Assembly (NCBI GenBank): GCA_963813335.1
Contig: CAWEYL010000006.1
Location: forward strand, 64,001 to 128,000
Reading direction: 5' to 3'
From: an uncultured Chloroflexia bacterium
Lineage (GTDB): Bacteria; Chloroflexota; Limnocylindria; Limnocylindrales; CSP1-4
Length of the DNA: 64,000 nt
The position numbers and the translations under genes are program-made. Positions 1-10,118 of the stretch are shown one piece after another. Every line of letters begins with the position of its first letter. The stretch's first letter is position 1. The notes below the pieces were generated by a model. That model did no database searches and was not told the DNA's origin. It saw only the letters and a list, made by a program, of their open reading frames with translations.

Positions 1-191
1 GCCGCTGCCTCGCTCGGCGGCGCCGAACTAGGAGCGGCGCTCGGCGGCGCCGCCGATGGAGCGGACGCTTCCGTCGATGGTGCCGCCGCCGAAGCACTCG
101 GCGCAGCCGACCCTCCTGTGGACCCGCTGCAGCCGACCAGTGCGATGAGCGCGATCGTCGACAGCGCGGGACCGGCGATCCGGGACCGCAT
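1..191 (-). CDS. 5' part of a lipoprotein with Ser/Ala/Pro-rich linker (runs off the window)
   Basis: Not in the ORF track. ATG at 191 preceded by GGAGGGG; reads MRSRIAGPALSTIALIALVGC-SGSTGGSAAPSASAAAPS (lipobox LVGC). Confidence 0.75.
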   Translation of the reverse strand, partial: MRSRIAGPALSTIALIALVGCSGSTGGSAAPSASAAAPSTEASAPSAAPPSAAPSSAPPSEAA

Positions 192-268
192 GGCGAACCC
201 CTCCATTGGCTCGTCGGCAGGCGGCCTGCCCGCCGTTCGGGCTCAGCATAGTCCCGGTCGTCTCGTCG

Positions 269-1345
269 TCATCGCGACCGCTCGAACGGACCCTGCGGGT
301 GCCCGGCCCCGAGGCGGAGCGCCAGGTCGATGTCCGACGCCGAGGCGACCTCCTCGGCGATGGCACGACGGGCCTCCCCGTCGATGGCCCCGAGGATCCG
401 CGCGGCGATCGCGGCCGCGCCGAGGTCGGAGCCCGCACTGGCGAACGCCGGAGCGACGGGGCCACGCGCCCCGTCCGTGTAGCGGTAGAACCCCTGCCCG
501 GTCGAGCGGCCGAGGTGCCCCTCGGCGACGAGCCGCTCCTGGATCGGCGAGGGCCGCAGCCTCTCGGGCCGGCCGAGCCGCTCCCAGATGCTCCGGGCGG
601 CGGCCAGGGTGACGTCGATGCCGGTCAGGTCCATCAGCTCGAAGGGACCCAGCGGGAACCCGGCCGCGCGCAGCGCGTCGTCCGTGGCGACCACGCCGGC
701 GTCACCCGCTTCGAGCATCCGCAGCGCCTCGATGGTGAACGGGCGGTTGACCCGGTTGACGATGAAGCCCGGGGTGTCCGCGGCACGGACCGGGGTCTTG
801 CCCCAGGCCATCATGCGGGCAGCGGCCCGATCGGCGACGTCCGGGTCGGTCGTCGGCGCGGCGACGACCTCCACGAGCGCCATGAGCGGCGCCGGGTTGA
901 AGAAGTGCAGGCCGAGGACGCGACCCGGCCGGCGCGAGCCAGCCGCGATGGCCGCCACGGACAGCGCGCTGGTGTTGGTGGCGACGATCGCCTCCGGCGG
1001 GACGACCGGGTCGAGGGCGGCGACGATCGAGCGCTTGACCGCCAGGTCCTCGACTGCGGCCTCGATCACCAGGTCCGTACCGACGAGGTCGTCCAGGGTC
1101 GTCGCCCGGCGGAGGCGCTCCAGGCGGCCATCGACCCAGTCGTCGATGGAATCCGGGTCCAGGCCGAGCCGTGCGGCGCGCCGGCCGAGCCCGATCCGGA
1201 TCGCGGCGACCCCGCGCTCGACGGCGTCCGGATCGGCGTCCTCGAGGACCACGTCGTGGCCGGCCTCGATGGCCACCTGCGCGATCCCGGCCCCCATCCG
1301 GCCGGCCCCGACGACGCCGACCATCCCCAGCGATGCCGAACCCAC
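269..1345 (-). CDS. paaH: 3-hydroxyacyl-CoA dehydrogenase (PaaH-like)
   Basis: [13 protein letters not shown] Rossmann motif, [33 protein letters not shown]; GTG start just after the paaD stop. Confidence 0.9.
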   Translation of the reverse strand: MGSASLGMVGVVGAGRMGAGIAQVAIEAGHDVVLEDADPDAVERGVAAIRIGLGRRAARLGLDPDSIDDWVDGRLERLRRATTLDDLVGTDLVIEAAVEDLAVKRSIVAALDPVVPPEAIVATNTSALSVAAIAAGSRRPGRVLGLHFFNPAPLMALVEVVAAPTTDPDVADRAAARMMAWGKTPVRAADTPGFIVNRVNRPFTIEALRMLEAGDAGVVATDDALRAAGFPLGPFELMDLTGIDVTLAAARSIWERLGRPERLRPSPIQERLVAEGHLGRSTGQGFYRYTDGARGPVAPAFASAGSDLGAAAIAARILGAIDGEARRAIAEEVASASDIDLALRLGAGHPQGPFERSR

Positions 1346-1347
1346 GG

Positions 1348-1887
1348 TCAGACGGGCTTGATGGCTTCGAACGGCTGGCGGCACGCCCGGCAGAAGAAGA
1401 GCGAGCGGCACTGGGTCGGCCCGAACGCGTTGTCCAGCACGACCCGTCCGTCGCCGCAGTACGGGCAGCGGACGTCGGCGGGCTCCGATGGCGGGGCGAT
1501 CCCGGCGACCGCCAGCGCGGCACGTCCCGCGGCGGTGATCCGGTCGCTCGTCCACGGCACCGCGAAGGTCGCGACCGCCTCGACCGCCTGACCGGCGCCG
1601 GCCGTCCGCGCGAGCCGCTCGAGGACCGCGGTCTGGATCATGTCGAGAGCCGGGCAGCCGACGAAGGTCGGAAGCAGCTCGACCCGGATCGCCGCCGGGT
1701 CGACGTCGACCTCGCCGATCATCCCGAGATCGACGATCGAGACCATCGGCAGCTCCGGGTCCATGACCTCTCCGAGCGCGGCGAGGACGGCCGCGCGGTC
1801 CGCCGCCGGCGCCCCGTCCGACGCGGCTCCCCTGATGGCGCCGGCCCGCGTCCGCGCGACGGCGACGTGGATGCCGCCCTCGCTCAC
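1348..1887 (-). CDS. paaD: Phenylacetyl-CoA epoxidase subunit PaaD
   Basis: DPELPMVSIVDLG, PTFVGCPA, PWTSDRIT, CPYCG..FGPTQCRSLFFCRAC.QPFEAIK; GTGA overlap with paaC. Confidence 0.92.
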   Translation of the reverse strand: MSEGGIHVAVARTRAGAIRGAASDGAPAADRAAVLAALGEVMDPELPMVSIVDLGMIGEVDVDPAAIRVELLPTFVGCPALDMIQTAVLERLARTAGAGQAVEAVATFAVPWTSDRITAAGRAALAVAGIAPPSEPADVRCPYCGDGRVVLDNAFGPTQCRSLFFCRACRQPFEAIKPV

Positions 1888-2662
1888 CAGGCCGCCCCGG
1901 GCTCGCTGTTGCGGACCATGGTGAACTCGCCCCACAGCCAGTCGAACGCGGCCCCGTGGCCCTCGCGACCGTCGGTCGGCGCCGGACCGGGATCCGGCTC
2001 GGGCAGGTCGAGGCCGCGAAGCGTCGGCGCGATCGCGGCCCGCCAGCGGGTCTCGAGCTCGCGCATCGGACAGGGCCAGGATCCCCGCCTCGACCAGTGC
2101 CGGCTCGCCGGGGAGTGGCGTGAAGACCGTGGCCGCGTCCGGCGCGAGCGTCTCGAGCGCGGTACGCAGGCGGACCCGCGACTCGCCGCCGGCACCCGCC
2201 AGTCGCGCGAGCCAGGCCTCGACGTGCATCCGGTGGTAGCGCTCCTCGCGGACGAGCTTCCCGACCAGCTCGGCCAGCGGCGCCCACGAGCCGCCGACCA
2301 GGCGCCTCGAGCCGGACCGCGTCGGCGGTCTCGTACAGGAAGCGGCGGGCGATGGTCATCGCCCAGTCGCCGCGGCCGTGGTCCAGCAGCCTGGCGTGCC
2401 GGTACTCGGCCGGCTGGCGGTCGTAGGCGAGGCGGTCCGCGTCCCCGCCGGTCAGGTCGGCCAGGAGCCCGTAGAGCGCGGCCGCGTGGCCCAGCTCGTC
2501 CTGGGCGAGCGAGCTCATCGCGACGTCCTCCTCGAGGAGCGGCGCGATACCGGTCCACTCGGAGTCGCTGAAGCCGATGACGAACTCGTCGTCGGCCATC
2601 GAGCGCAGCAGCGACTCGAGCCCAAGGCCGATGCCAGCGCCGAAGGGTGCGGCGACCGTCAT
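1884..2662 (-). CDS. paaC: Phenylacetyl-CoA epoxidase subunit PaaC (two apparent +1 frameshifts near 2302 and 2070)
   Basis: MADDEFVIG..SEWTGIAPLLEEDVAMSSLAQDELGHA, then KLVREERYHRMH and GREGHG..EFTMVRNSEPGAAW in successive frames. Confidence 0.85.
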
Positions 2663-3012
2663 CCCGGGCGCGCCTTCGGCTTCGACTGCCCAGCCGCCTT
2701 GCGCGCAGCGGCCAGCTTGTCGCGCATGACGTAGCCGCCCGGCTTCTTGAACGAGCGGTCGAGCGGCGGCTGGAGCAGGTCCGGGTCGGCGATGTCGACG
2801 ATGTCGGCGCGGCGGACCACCCACAGCCGGATGCTCTCCTGGCGACGGCCGTAGAGCTCGCGCGCGTAGTGGGCCGCGAGGACCCCGTCGGGGGCCATCA
2901 CGCTCCCGCCGTGGCGCATCGCGTCGCCCTCCTTCTCCTGGCGGAAGACCTCCCATGGCTCGAGGGTCGGGGCCTCGATGGCGGGGTCGAGCGGCCCCGG
3001 CTCGCGCGTCAT
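2659..3012 (-). CDS. paaB: Phenylacetyl-CoA epoxidase subunit PaaB
   Basis: WEVFRQ..HGGSVMAPD..ARELYGRRQESIRLWVV; ATGA overlaps on both sides. Confidence 0.9.
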   Translation of the reverse strand: MTREPGPLDPAIEAPTLEPWEVFRQEKEGDAMRHGGSVMAPDGVLAAHYARELYGRRQESIRLWVVRRADIVDIADPDLLQPPLDRSFKKPGGYVMRDKLAAARKAAGQSKPKARPG

Positions 3013-3995
3013 GCCGCCCGCGGCGCCGCCAGGATGGCGTCGCGCACCCAGCGGGTCTCGGCCCGGGCGAGGCGGCGGAACGCGAGCCGTGCCTCGGACA
3101 TCGGGCCGTGGTTGGTGACGACGGTCCGCAGCTCCGCCCAGTCGGGCTCGCGATAGATCCACGCGCCGGTGGCCTCGTCGAGGCGCAGGTCCGGATCCGG
3201 GATCACGAGGCCCAGCTCGCGGATCCGCGGCACGTAGATGGTGAGGAACTCCTGGCGCAGCTCCTCGGAGGTCTTGGCCTTGATCCGCCAGTGCAGGTCG
3301 CGGTCGGTCTCGCGCGGCGAGCGCGGGCCGTGCATCTGCATCAGCGGGCCCCACCAGCGGTCGAGCGCGTCCTGGATCGCCGCCCGCTGGCTCGGCGTGC
3401 CGGTGACCATGGTCACGACGACATCGCGCCCATGCATGATGTGGACCGATTCCTCCCAGCAGATCTTGCGCATGGTCCGCGCGTACGGCGCGTACGACGA
3501 GTCGCGCAGCGCCTGCTGCGCGACGATCGCGGCCGCGTCGACCAGCCAGGCGATCATGCCGACATCGGCCCAGCCGACCGTCGGGTAGTGGAAGACGTTG
3601 TGGAACTTCGTCCGGCCGGCGAGCAGGTCGTCGAACATCGCCTCGCGCGGCTTGCCGAGGTCCTCCGCGATGCGGTACAGCAGCTGGGCGTGGCCCACCT
3701 CGTCCTGGACCTTGGCGGTGAGGGCCAGCTTGCGGCGCAGGGTCGGCGCGCGCATCAGCCACTCGCGCTCGGGGAGGACGCCCATGAGCTCCGAGTTCGC
3801 ATGCATCTCGACGAAGCGCAGGACCGCGTTGCGGTACTCGTCGGGCATCCAGTCGGTGGCCTCCACGTAGCCGCCGTCCGCGATGTGCGCCTCGAACAGG
3901 GCGAACCGCTCGTCATGGGGCAGCTCGGCGTTGGACGCCGGCCCGCTGCGCTCGCGCGGCGAGAGGATGGGGTCGAGGGCCAGCGGGTCGGTCAT
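3009..3995 (-). CDS. paaA: Phenylacetyl-CoA epoxidase subunit PaaA (di-iron)
   Basis: DWMPDEYR, HANSELMG, APTLRRK, KVQDEVGH, ICWEESVH di-iron motifs. Confidence 0.95.
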   Translation of the reverse strand: MTDPLALDPILSPRERSGPASNAELPHDERFALFEAHIADGGYVEATDWMPDEYRNAVLRFVEMHANSELMGVLPEREWLMRAPTLRRKLALTAKVQDEVGHAQLLYRIAEDLGKPREAMFDDLLAGRTKFHNVFHYPTVGWADVGMIAWLVDAAAIVAQQALRDSSYAPYARTMRKICWEESVHIMHGRDVVVTMVTGTPSQRAAIQDALDRWWGPLMQMHGPRSPRETDRDLHWRIKAKTSEELRQEFLTIYVPRIRELGLVIPDPDLRLDEATGAWIYREPDWAELRTVVTNHGPMSEARLAFRRLARAETRWVRDAILAAPRAA

Positions 3996-4603
3996 CGGGA
4001 GGCACCATCGTCGGGCGCGTGGGCTCCGCCGCCGACCGCGCCGAGTGCCAGCTCCGCGTAGATCCCCGCGACCTCGGCGGGGCGCAGCCGGCCGTTCGGG
4101 CGGTACCAGGCCACGAGCCCGTTGAGCGCGGTGAGGATGAAGGCCGCGGCCGTCGTCGGATCGACGGCCCCGAAGTCCGCGCTGGCGGCGCCGAGCTCGA
4201 TGACCGACCGGAACCGCGCCTCGTACGCGTCGCGCCGACGCGAGATGCTCGCCCGTCTGGCGCTCGCGAGCGAGCGCCACTCGTGGACGAAGACGCTCGC
4301 CCGCTCGACGTCCTCGGTCACGACGCCGACATGGGCCCGGACCAGCGCGTCGAGCCGGCCCGCGGCATCGGCCGGGTCGACGCCGACGGTCGCCGCGTCG
4401 GCCGCGGCCTCGAAGCGGGTGGCCGTCCGCTCGACGATCGACCACAGGACCTCCTCCTTGGAGGTCACGTGGGCATACAGGCTGGCGCCCTGGATGTCGA
4501 GGGCGCGCGCGATGTCGCGCACGCTGGTGCCCGAGTAGCCGCGCTCGTGGAAGAGCGTGCTGGCGGCAGCCTCGATCTCGCGTCGGCGGGTGGTCTCGAC
4601 CAC
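3992..4603 (-). CDS. TetR-family regulator (PaaR-like)
   Basis: LFHERGYSGTSVRDIARALDIQGASLYAHVTSKEE helix-turn-helix; translationally coupled to paaA. Confidence 0.9.
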   Translation of the reverse strand: MVETTRRREIEAAASTLFHERGYSGTSVRDIARALDIQGASLYAHVTSKEEVLWSIVERTATRFEAAADAATVGVDPADAAGRLDALVRAHVGVVTEDVERASVFVHEWRSLASARRASISRRRDAYEARFRSVIELGAASADFGAVDPTTAAAFILTALNGLVAWYRPNGRLRPAEVAGIYAELALGAVGGGAHAPDDGASR

Positions 4604-4617
4604 GGGCTCCCCGATGT

Positions 4618-4647
4618 CCTAACGAACGCTTGTTAGGGGTCAGCCTA
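4618..4647 (-). promoter_or_regulatory. Putative PaaR operator palindrome and -10 element
   Basis: CCTAAC-gaacgctt-GTTAGG inverted repeat (4618-4637) just downstream of a TAGGCT -10 on the minus strand (4642-4647). Confidence 0.6.
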
Positions 4648-4680
4648 CGGCATCGGCCGGCCGCGAGACAAGAGCGAGCG

Positions 4681-5488
4681 CTACTCCCCGGTGAACCGCG
4701 GCGGCCGCTTCTCGAGGAACGCCGCCATCCCCTCGGCATGGTCGGCGCTCGCCCCGGCCACGCCCTGACGGAACGCCTCCTCCTCGAGCGCGCGGTCGAG
4801 GTCGATCTCCCAGGCGCGGTCGAGGGCGTGCTTCGTCGATGCGAGGGCGCCCGGGGCCAGTCCCGCGAGCCGGACGGCGATGGCTCGCGCCGCCTCGACC
4901 ACCTCGTCCGCCGGCACGACCGCGGCGACCAGCCCGAACCGCTCCGCGTCGACGGCCGAGAGCGGGTCCGCGGTCAGCGCCAGCTGGGCGGCCTTCGCCC
5001 CGCCGATGAGCCGCGGCAGCAGCCACGTCGCGCCGCTGTCGGGCACCAGCCCGATCCGCCCGAATGCCAGCAGGAAGCTCGCCTCGGTCGGCCGCGACCC
5101 GGATGTCGCAGGCGAAGGCGAGCGAGGCGCCCGCCCCGGCGGCCACCCCGTTGACGGCCCCGACGATCGGCTGGTCCAGCGCGCGCATCGCACGGATGAT
5201 CGGGTTGTAGCGCTCGCGCAGCTCGACCGCGAGCGGCGCCGCGTCCGGCCGCTGCCGCTCCTTGAGATCCTGGCCGGCGCAGAACGCCCGTCCGGCGCCG
5301 GTCAGCACGACCGCGCGGATCGAGCGGTCGCGGGCGATGGCCCGGAAGGCCGCCAGCAGCTCCCCCTTGAGCCCGACGGTCAACGCATTGAGCGCGTCGG
5401 GACGGTCGAGGGTGACGACCGCCACACCATCGTCGACCTCGACGCGCAGCGTCTCGAAGGCGGGCATCGCGCCGCCGCGGGCCGCCAT
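4681..5488 (-). CDS. paaG: Enoyl-CoA hydratase/isomerase PaaG-like (apparent +1 frameshift near 5087)
   Basis: AFCAGQDL, YNPIIR, VNGVAAGAGASLAFACD, then ASFLLAFGRIGLVPDSG in the next frame. Confidence 0.8.
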
Positions 5489-6288
5489 CAGGCGACGGCA
5501 CCCCCGTCGAATTCGACGAGTCGGCCGTCGACCAGCTCGAAGACCCGCCGGTCGATGGGCTCGTCCGCGCCGCCGGACTGCTCGACCGTGAATTCGGAGA
5601 AGAGCGAGGCGAAGTCCGGGTCGTCGGGACGCAGCGATGCCGCGGTCAGCAGGTGGCGTTCGGGCAGGCCGATGAGGATGCGCCCGTGGGGCGCCAGCTC
5701 GGCGGCGAGGTGGGCGATGACCTCGGGCAGCAGGATCCGGACGGCATCCCAGCCGTCGCCGGTGTCCGAGCTGACGAGGCGGCGGTCGCCGGAGATCTCG
5801 TCGGTCCACGGGGCGCTCGCCGACCAGCGCGCGAGGTTGGCCATCGCGGCCTCCTGGATCGCCGCCGGCTCGACGCCCCACGACAGGAGGTGGTCGCCGT
5901 TGACCACGACGTCGTACGCGCCCGCATCGATGGTGTAGACGATGGGCAGGCCGGCCGGGCCGATGTCGAGGAGCGGCTGGGCGTGGCTCATCGCCCCCTG
6001 GGCCGACAGCCGGTCACGGTCGAGCGACTCGATCGGGAGGCCCTGGGTCCCGACCGGCCGGAAGGCCGGGTAGATGAGTTCCTTCGCCCGCTCCCAGTCG
6101 TGCTCGGGAGAATCGACAGCCGATCCGGCCGATTCCGGGGCCGGGGTATGGCCGCTGACCGGCGAGGAATCGTCGAGCGGGGCAAGGTAGTCGGGTGCGG
6201 TATCGCGGTACGCGGGCGCCGGCTCGTCGCCGAATTCGCGGCCCAGATCGCTTCCGACATCGCTCGCATCGGGCAAGTCGCGCTCCAT
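5488..6288 (-). CDS. Hypothetical protein, DUF1444 (YtpQ)-like
   Basis: WGVEPAAIQEAAMANL, DGWDAVRILLP, ILIGLPERHLL resemble the DUF1444 pattern; coupled to paaG by TGATG. Confidence 0.55.
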   Translation of the reverse strand: MERDLPDASDVGSDLGREFGDEPAPAYRDTAPDYLAPLDDSSPVSGHTPAPESAGSAVDSPEHDWERAKELIYPAFRPVGTQGLPIESLDRDRLSAQGAMSHAQPLLDIGPAGLPIVYTIDAGAYDVVVNGDHLLSWGVEPAAIQEAAMANLARWSASAPWTDEISGDRRLVSSDTGDGWDAVRILLPEVIAHLAAELAPHGRILIGLPERHLLTAASLRPDDPDFASLFSEFTVEQSGGADEPIDRRVFELVDGRLVEFDGGAVA

Positions 6289-6311
6289 CGTTCCTCCTCG
6301 CGTCCCTGGGC

Positions 6312-7151
6312 TTAGCGTCCGGACCAGACCGGCGCGCGCTTGTCGGTGAAGGCCTGCATCCCCTCGGCCTGGTCGTCGGTGTCGAACAGCGCGAAGAACG
6401 CCGCCCGTTCGGCCGCCAGCCCGATGCTCAATGGTCGTTCACTCGCGTCGCGGACGGCGGCCTTCGCCGCATGCACGGCGAGCGGCGGCATGCTCGCGAT
6501 CCGGGCGGCCAGCTCGAGGGCGGCATCGATGGTCGCCTCGGCCGGCACGACCCGGGTCACGAGCCCGAGCCGCTCGGCCTCGGCCGCGCCGATCGAGCGC
6601 CCGGTCAGGATCAGCTCCATCGCCCGTGCCGAGCCGATCGCCCGGGTCAGCCGTTGGGTCCCGCCGGCACCGGGCATGACCCCGATCGCGATCTCGGGCT
6701 GCCCGAACGTGGCGTCGTCGCCGGCCACGATCATGTCGCAGGTCATCGCCAGCTCGCAGCCGCCCCCGAGCGCGAAGCCCCGGACGGCCGCGATCAGCGG
6801 CGTTCGCACGGCGGCCAGCCGGTCCCAGGCCTCGAACCGCCGCCCGGCGGCGAGCGAGGCCGACGTCTGCGAAGCCAGCTCCTTGATGTCCGCCCCGGCC
6901 GCAAAGGCCCGCGTCCCCGCTCCGGTCAGGACGATCGCGCGGCAACCCGCGTCGCGATCCAGCGCGTCGAGCGCGTCGGCCAGCGCGTCGAGCAGGTCGA
7001 ACGAGAGGGCATTGAGCACGTCGCGCCGGTCGATGGTGACCAGGGCGACCCCCTCGAGCGTCCCGTGCGGCGCCGCCGACGCCGGGGCGGGCGCCGGGAA
7101 CGCGACGGCGACCGACGTCGCGGCGCTGATCGCGGCAGGGGGGTGCGTCAC
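6312..7151 (-). CDS. paaF: Enoyl-CoA hydratase PaaF-like
   Basis: AFAAGADIKE, GFALGGGCELAM.CD, FGQPEI.IGVMPGAGGTQRL. Confidence 0.88.
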   Translation of the reverse strand: MTHPPAAISAATSVAVAFPAPAPASAAPHGTLEGVALVTIDRRDVLNALSFDLLDALADALDALDRDAGCRAIVLTGAGTRAFAAGADIKELASQTSASLAAGRRFEAWDRLAAVRTPLIAAVRGFALGGGCELAMTCDMIVAGDDATFGQPEIAIGVMPGAGGTQRLTRAIGSARAMELILTGRSIGAAEAERLGLVTRVVPAEATIDAALELAARIASMPPLAVHAAKAAVRDASERPLSIGLAAERAAFFALFDTDDQAEGMQAFTDKRAPVWSGR

Positions 7152-7525
7152 TCGACTCCTTCGCTCGGCGTGCTGACAGTATCCACGCCCGGGGAAGCCG
7201 CCTCGTCCATTTCCGGCGCGTCCTCCAGCACGAGCAGGGTCGAGAGCCCCGGCGCGATCGCCCGCAGGTTGCGGCCGGCCGCGCGCATCGCGTCCGAGGC
7301 GAGCCCGGCGTCCATCGCCGCGCGATCGTCGAACGTCATCGCGGTGACGAGGACCAGGTCGGTCTCCTCGCCGAGCGCCTCGACCACGCGACGGACCCGG
7401 GTCGCGCGCAGCCCGGGCGTTCCCGCGACGAGCGGCAGGTGCTCCGTCGCGTAGCGCCGCTCGAACTCGGCAAGCGCGTCGGGGCCACCGGCCGGGCGGC
7501 GGAACAGGGCCAGCAGCGTCGTCAT
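7148..7525 (-). CDS. EthD-family protein
   Basis: ALFRRP..FERRYATEHLPLVAGTPGL..MTFDDRAAMDAGLAS. Confidence 0.8.
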   Translation of the reverse strand: MTTLLALFRRPAGGPDALAEFERRYATEHLPLVAGTPGLRATRVRRVVEALGEETDLVLVTAMTFDDRAAMDAGLASDAMRAAGRNLRAIAPGLSTLLVLEDAPEMDEAASPGVDTVSTPSEGVE

Positions 7526-8283
7526 CGGGCGGTCTCCTCTCGATAGAAGTCGTCGATCGCGGCCGCGAAGACCGCGGGCCGCTCCCGGATGAGCTCGTGG
7601 CCGCATGCCGGCGCGACGAGGAGCCGGGCGTCCGGCACCTCGCGAGCGAGCGACCACGCGTGCCCCACCGGGACGAAGGGATCGCGGTCGCCGCAGGCGA
7701 TCAGGGTCGGGACGTGGATCCCGTGGATGGCCGCCGCGGTCAGGAGCGGCTGCTCGGCGACGTCGGCGGCGATCGCCGGCAGCAGGCGGCGCCAGGCACC
7801 CGCCCCCTGGCCCGGGCCGTGGAGCGCGTCGAGGCGGCGCGCCCAGGCCGGGTCGTCGCGCTCGATGCGTGCCGGGTCCAGCGCGTGCCGGGCGACGCGC
7901 GCCCGCGGCTCGCGGTCGGGGCTGATCCCGATGATGACCAGCGAGCGGAGGCGGTCCGGAAAGCCGGCACCCACGTTGAGCGCGGTCGTCGCGCCCATCG
8001 AGAAGCCAAGGAGATGGAACGTCTCGAGCTGCAGGGCATCGGCGAAGGCGATGACGTCGGCCACGAGATCGGCCGTGGTGAACCCGTCGGCGGCATCCCA
8101 GCGGGTCGCCCCGTGCCCGCGGGCGTCGGGACGGTAGACGCGGAACCGGGCGGACAGCCCGTCGGCCGCAGGCCCGAGGCCTTCGGCGCCGCTGGATCCC
8201 GCCTCGTGGAGCACGATCAGCGGCGGCCCCTGGCCGTCCGCCGCATAGGCGACCTGCAGACCGTTGGCGTCGACCGTCGGCAT
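7522..8283 (-). CDS. Alpha/beta-fold hydrolase
   Basis: PDARGHG, GFSMG nucleophile elbow, GDRDPF, GH catalytic His. Confidence 0.9.
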   Translation of the reverse strand: MPTVDANGLQVAYAADGQGPPLIVLHEAGSSGAEGLGPAADGLSARFRVYRPDARGHGATRWDAADGFTTADLVADVIAFADALQLETFHLLGFSMGATTALNVGAGFPDRLRSLVIIGISPDREPRARVARHALDPARIERDDPAWARRLDALHGPGQGAGAWRRLLPAIAADVAEQPLLTAAAIHGIHVPTLIACGDRDPFVPVGHAWSLAREVPDARLLVAPACGHELIRERPAVFAAAIDDFYREETAR

Positions 8284-8337
8284 CGTGGCGCCGATGCTAG
8301 CGCCCGGGCCGACCGGCCATCGGTCCGTCGGCCGCGG

Positions 8338-9552
8338 TCAGGTCCCGGCGCGGCAGATGGCCGGCGGCTCGCCGCCGATCGAGGTCGGGGGGTCGCCGAA
8401 CATCCAGGCCCACGAGTAGATGTTCCGCAGGTCGCCGTCCCGCCCGAGCACGCCGACGTACGTCGGCCCGCAGACGACCCGCAGGTTCGCGGTCCCGTTC
8501 TCGTCGAGGAAGCAGCCGATCCGGCCGACCGTTCGTCCCTGGCTGTCCGTCCACGCCGCGTCCCCGCTCTTCCCGGCCGCACAGTCGCCGCTGTCGGGCT
8601 TGACGCCGTAGGACGCCAGCCGGTCGAGGTAGGTGGCCGTCGCAGGGTGGGCGTCCGGGAAGCCGTAGATGCCGACCCGGATGGCCGTGGCGGCATTGAC
8701 GTTGCACTCCACACCGGCGGTCGCGCCGGCCGGCAGGTTCGTCCGCCGCGGCGGGCAGTCGTACGAGATGTCCTTGGCAAGCCCCGCGAACAGGGCGGCT
8801 TCAGCGGCGGTCTTGGCCGGGGCCGGCGTCGCGTTCAGGTCGGACTCGACGATCCACGGCGAGCCGTCGTGGTCGGCCGCGGCCACCCAGCCGTGGTGCG
8901 GCCAGCCGATGGCCTGGACCAGGTACCAGTCGTAGTCGTCGGCGGTCACGGGCCCATCGAGGATCTGCAGCTTCGTCCCGTGCCCCAGCAACGGGTCGAG
9001 CTTCGCCGACACGGCCTCGTCGACCGACGGTGCCGTCCTGACCCGGAGCCCGTCGACGACGATCTCGACGATGGTGTTCGCGGCGAACGTCCCGGGGCGA
9101 GGGGTCGCGCTGGGCGCAACCGCGATCGGGCTGGCTATCGGCGACGGTTGCGGTGTCGGCGACGCCGTCGCGGGCGGGCTCGCGGTCGCGCTCGGCGGGA
9201 CCACGCTCAGGTTCGGGTCCTGCTGCTGGCGGAGCTCCGCGGCGCCGACCGCGAGCGCCCCGAGGGCCAGCAGCGCGAGCACCGCGGCGATCGCCACCAT
9301 CCGGAGCGTGAGGGCCGGCGACTCCCCGCCGTACCCGACCCGCCGGGCGACCCGGTCGACCCGGGCCTGGCTCAATGAGTAGCGCGGCAGTTGCGCGATC
9401 GCGCGCTGGTCCGCCTGCAGTCCGGCGACGCGACGGGCGCACGCGATGCAGTCGCGCAGGTGCGCGGAGAGGGTGTCGTGCTCGGTCGGGCTCAGCTCGA
9501 AGTCGATGGCGGCCGCGGCCAGCTCGAGGATCTCGTCGTGGCTCGACGTCAT
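8338..9552 (-). CDS. Zinc-binding anti-sigma factor with TM helix and SH3b-like extracellular domain
   Basis: HLRDCIAC (HxxxCxxC), TM segment, Pro/Ser linker, GLRVRTAPS..GPVTADDYDWYLV..GWVA; coupled to the ECF sigma gene. Confidence 0.75.
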   Translation of the reverse strand: MTSSHDEILELAAAAIDFELSPTEHDTLSAHLRDCIACARRVAGLQADQRAIAQLPRYSLSQARVDRVARRVGYGGESPALTLRMVAIAAVLALLALGALAVGAAELRQQQDPNLSVVPPSATASPPATASPTPQPSPIASPIAVAPSATPRPGTFAANTIVEIVVDGLRVRTAPSVDEAVSAKLDPLLGHGTKLQILDGPVTADDYDWYLVQAIGWPHHGWVAAADHDGSPWIVESDLNATPAPAKTAAEAALFAGLAKDISYDCPPRRTNLPAGATAGVECNVNAATAIRVGIYGFPDAHPATATYLDRLASYGVKPDSGDCAAGKSGDAAWTDSQGRTVGRIGCFLDENGTANLRVVCGPTYVGVLGRDGDLRNIYSWAWMFGDPPTSIGGEPPAICRAGT

Positions 9553-10118
9553 CGGACGTCTCCTTGCCGCTCGAGCTCGAGCCGGACCCTGACCCGGGCG
9601 CGGCACAGCATGGTCCGCGTGGCGCCATTGCTCCGCCCGATCGCCTGGGCGATCTCCTCGCCGCTGAAGCCCTGCGCGGAGAGCAGCAGGGCCGTCCGGT
9701 CATCGGTGGGGAGACCGGCCAGGACCGCGTCCAGGGTGGCGGTCCGCTCCCGGCCGATGACATCCGATTCGGGCGACTCGACGGTGGACCCGCCGACCCG
9801 GCCGTAGCGGCTCATCCAGTCGAGCACCGTCCGCCCCCGCCGGCCGCGGCTGATGACCAGGTTCGAGCCGACGCGGTAGAGCCAGGCCCGGATGTTGTCC
9901 GGTGTCCGGCCCGCCTCGACCTCCTTGAACAGCCGCAGGAACAATTCCTGCATCAGGTCCTCGGCGGCGCCCTCGTCGCGGGTGGACCGCCGCAGGTAGC
10001 TGTACAGCTCGACGTGGTACTGCTCGAACGCGGCCGTCACCACCGCCGCATGGCCGCGAGGGCTCGTCGCCGAGACGCCTTCGACGTGGACGGGGCTGGG
10101 CTTCATCGCTTCCGGCAT
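9549..10118 (-). CDS. ECF RNA polymerase sigma factor
   Basis: AEDLMQELFLRL, RAWLYRVGSN, GFSGEEIAQAIG..TRTMLCRAR; start uncertain (10106 or 10118). Confidence 0.88.
   Translation of the reverse strand: MPEAMKPSPVHVEGVSATSPRGHAAVVTAAFEQYHVELYSYLRRSTRDEGAAEDLMQELFLRLFKEVEAGRTPDNIRAWLYRVGSNLVISRGRRGRTVLDWMSRYGRVGGSTVESPESDVIGRERTATLDAVLAGLPTDDRTALLLSAQGFSGEEIAQAIGRSNGATRTMLCRARVRVRLELERQGDVR

Noticed and set aside
269-2956. 895-aa ORF looking like a PaaC-PaaH fusion
   Set aside because: Artefact of the paaC frameshift running through a stop-free GC-rich frame; paaC, paaD and paaH have their own closely spaced starts and stops.
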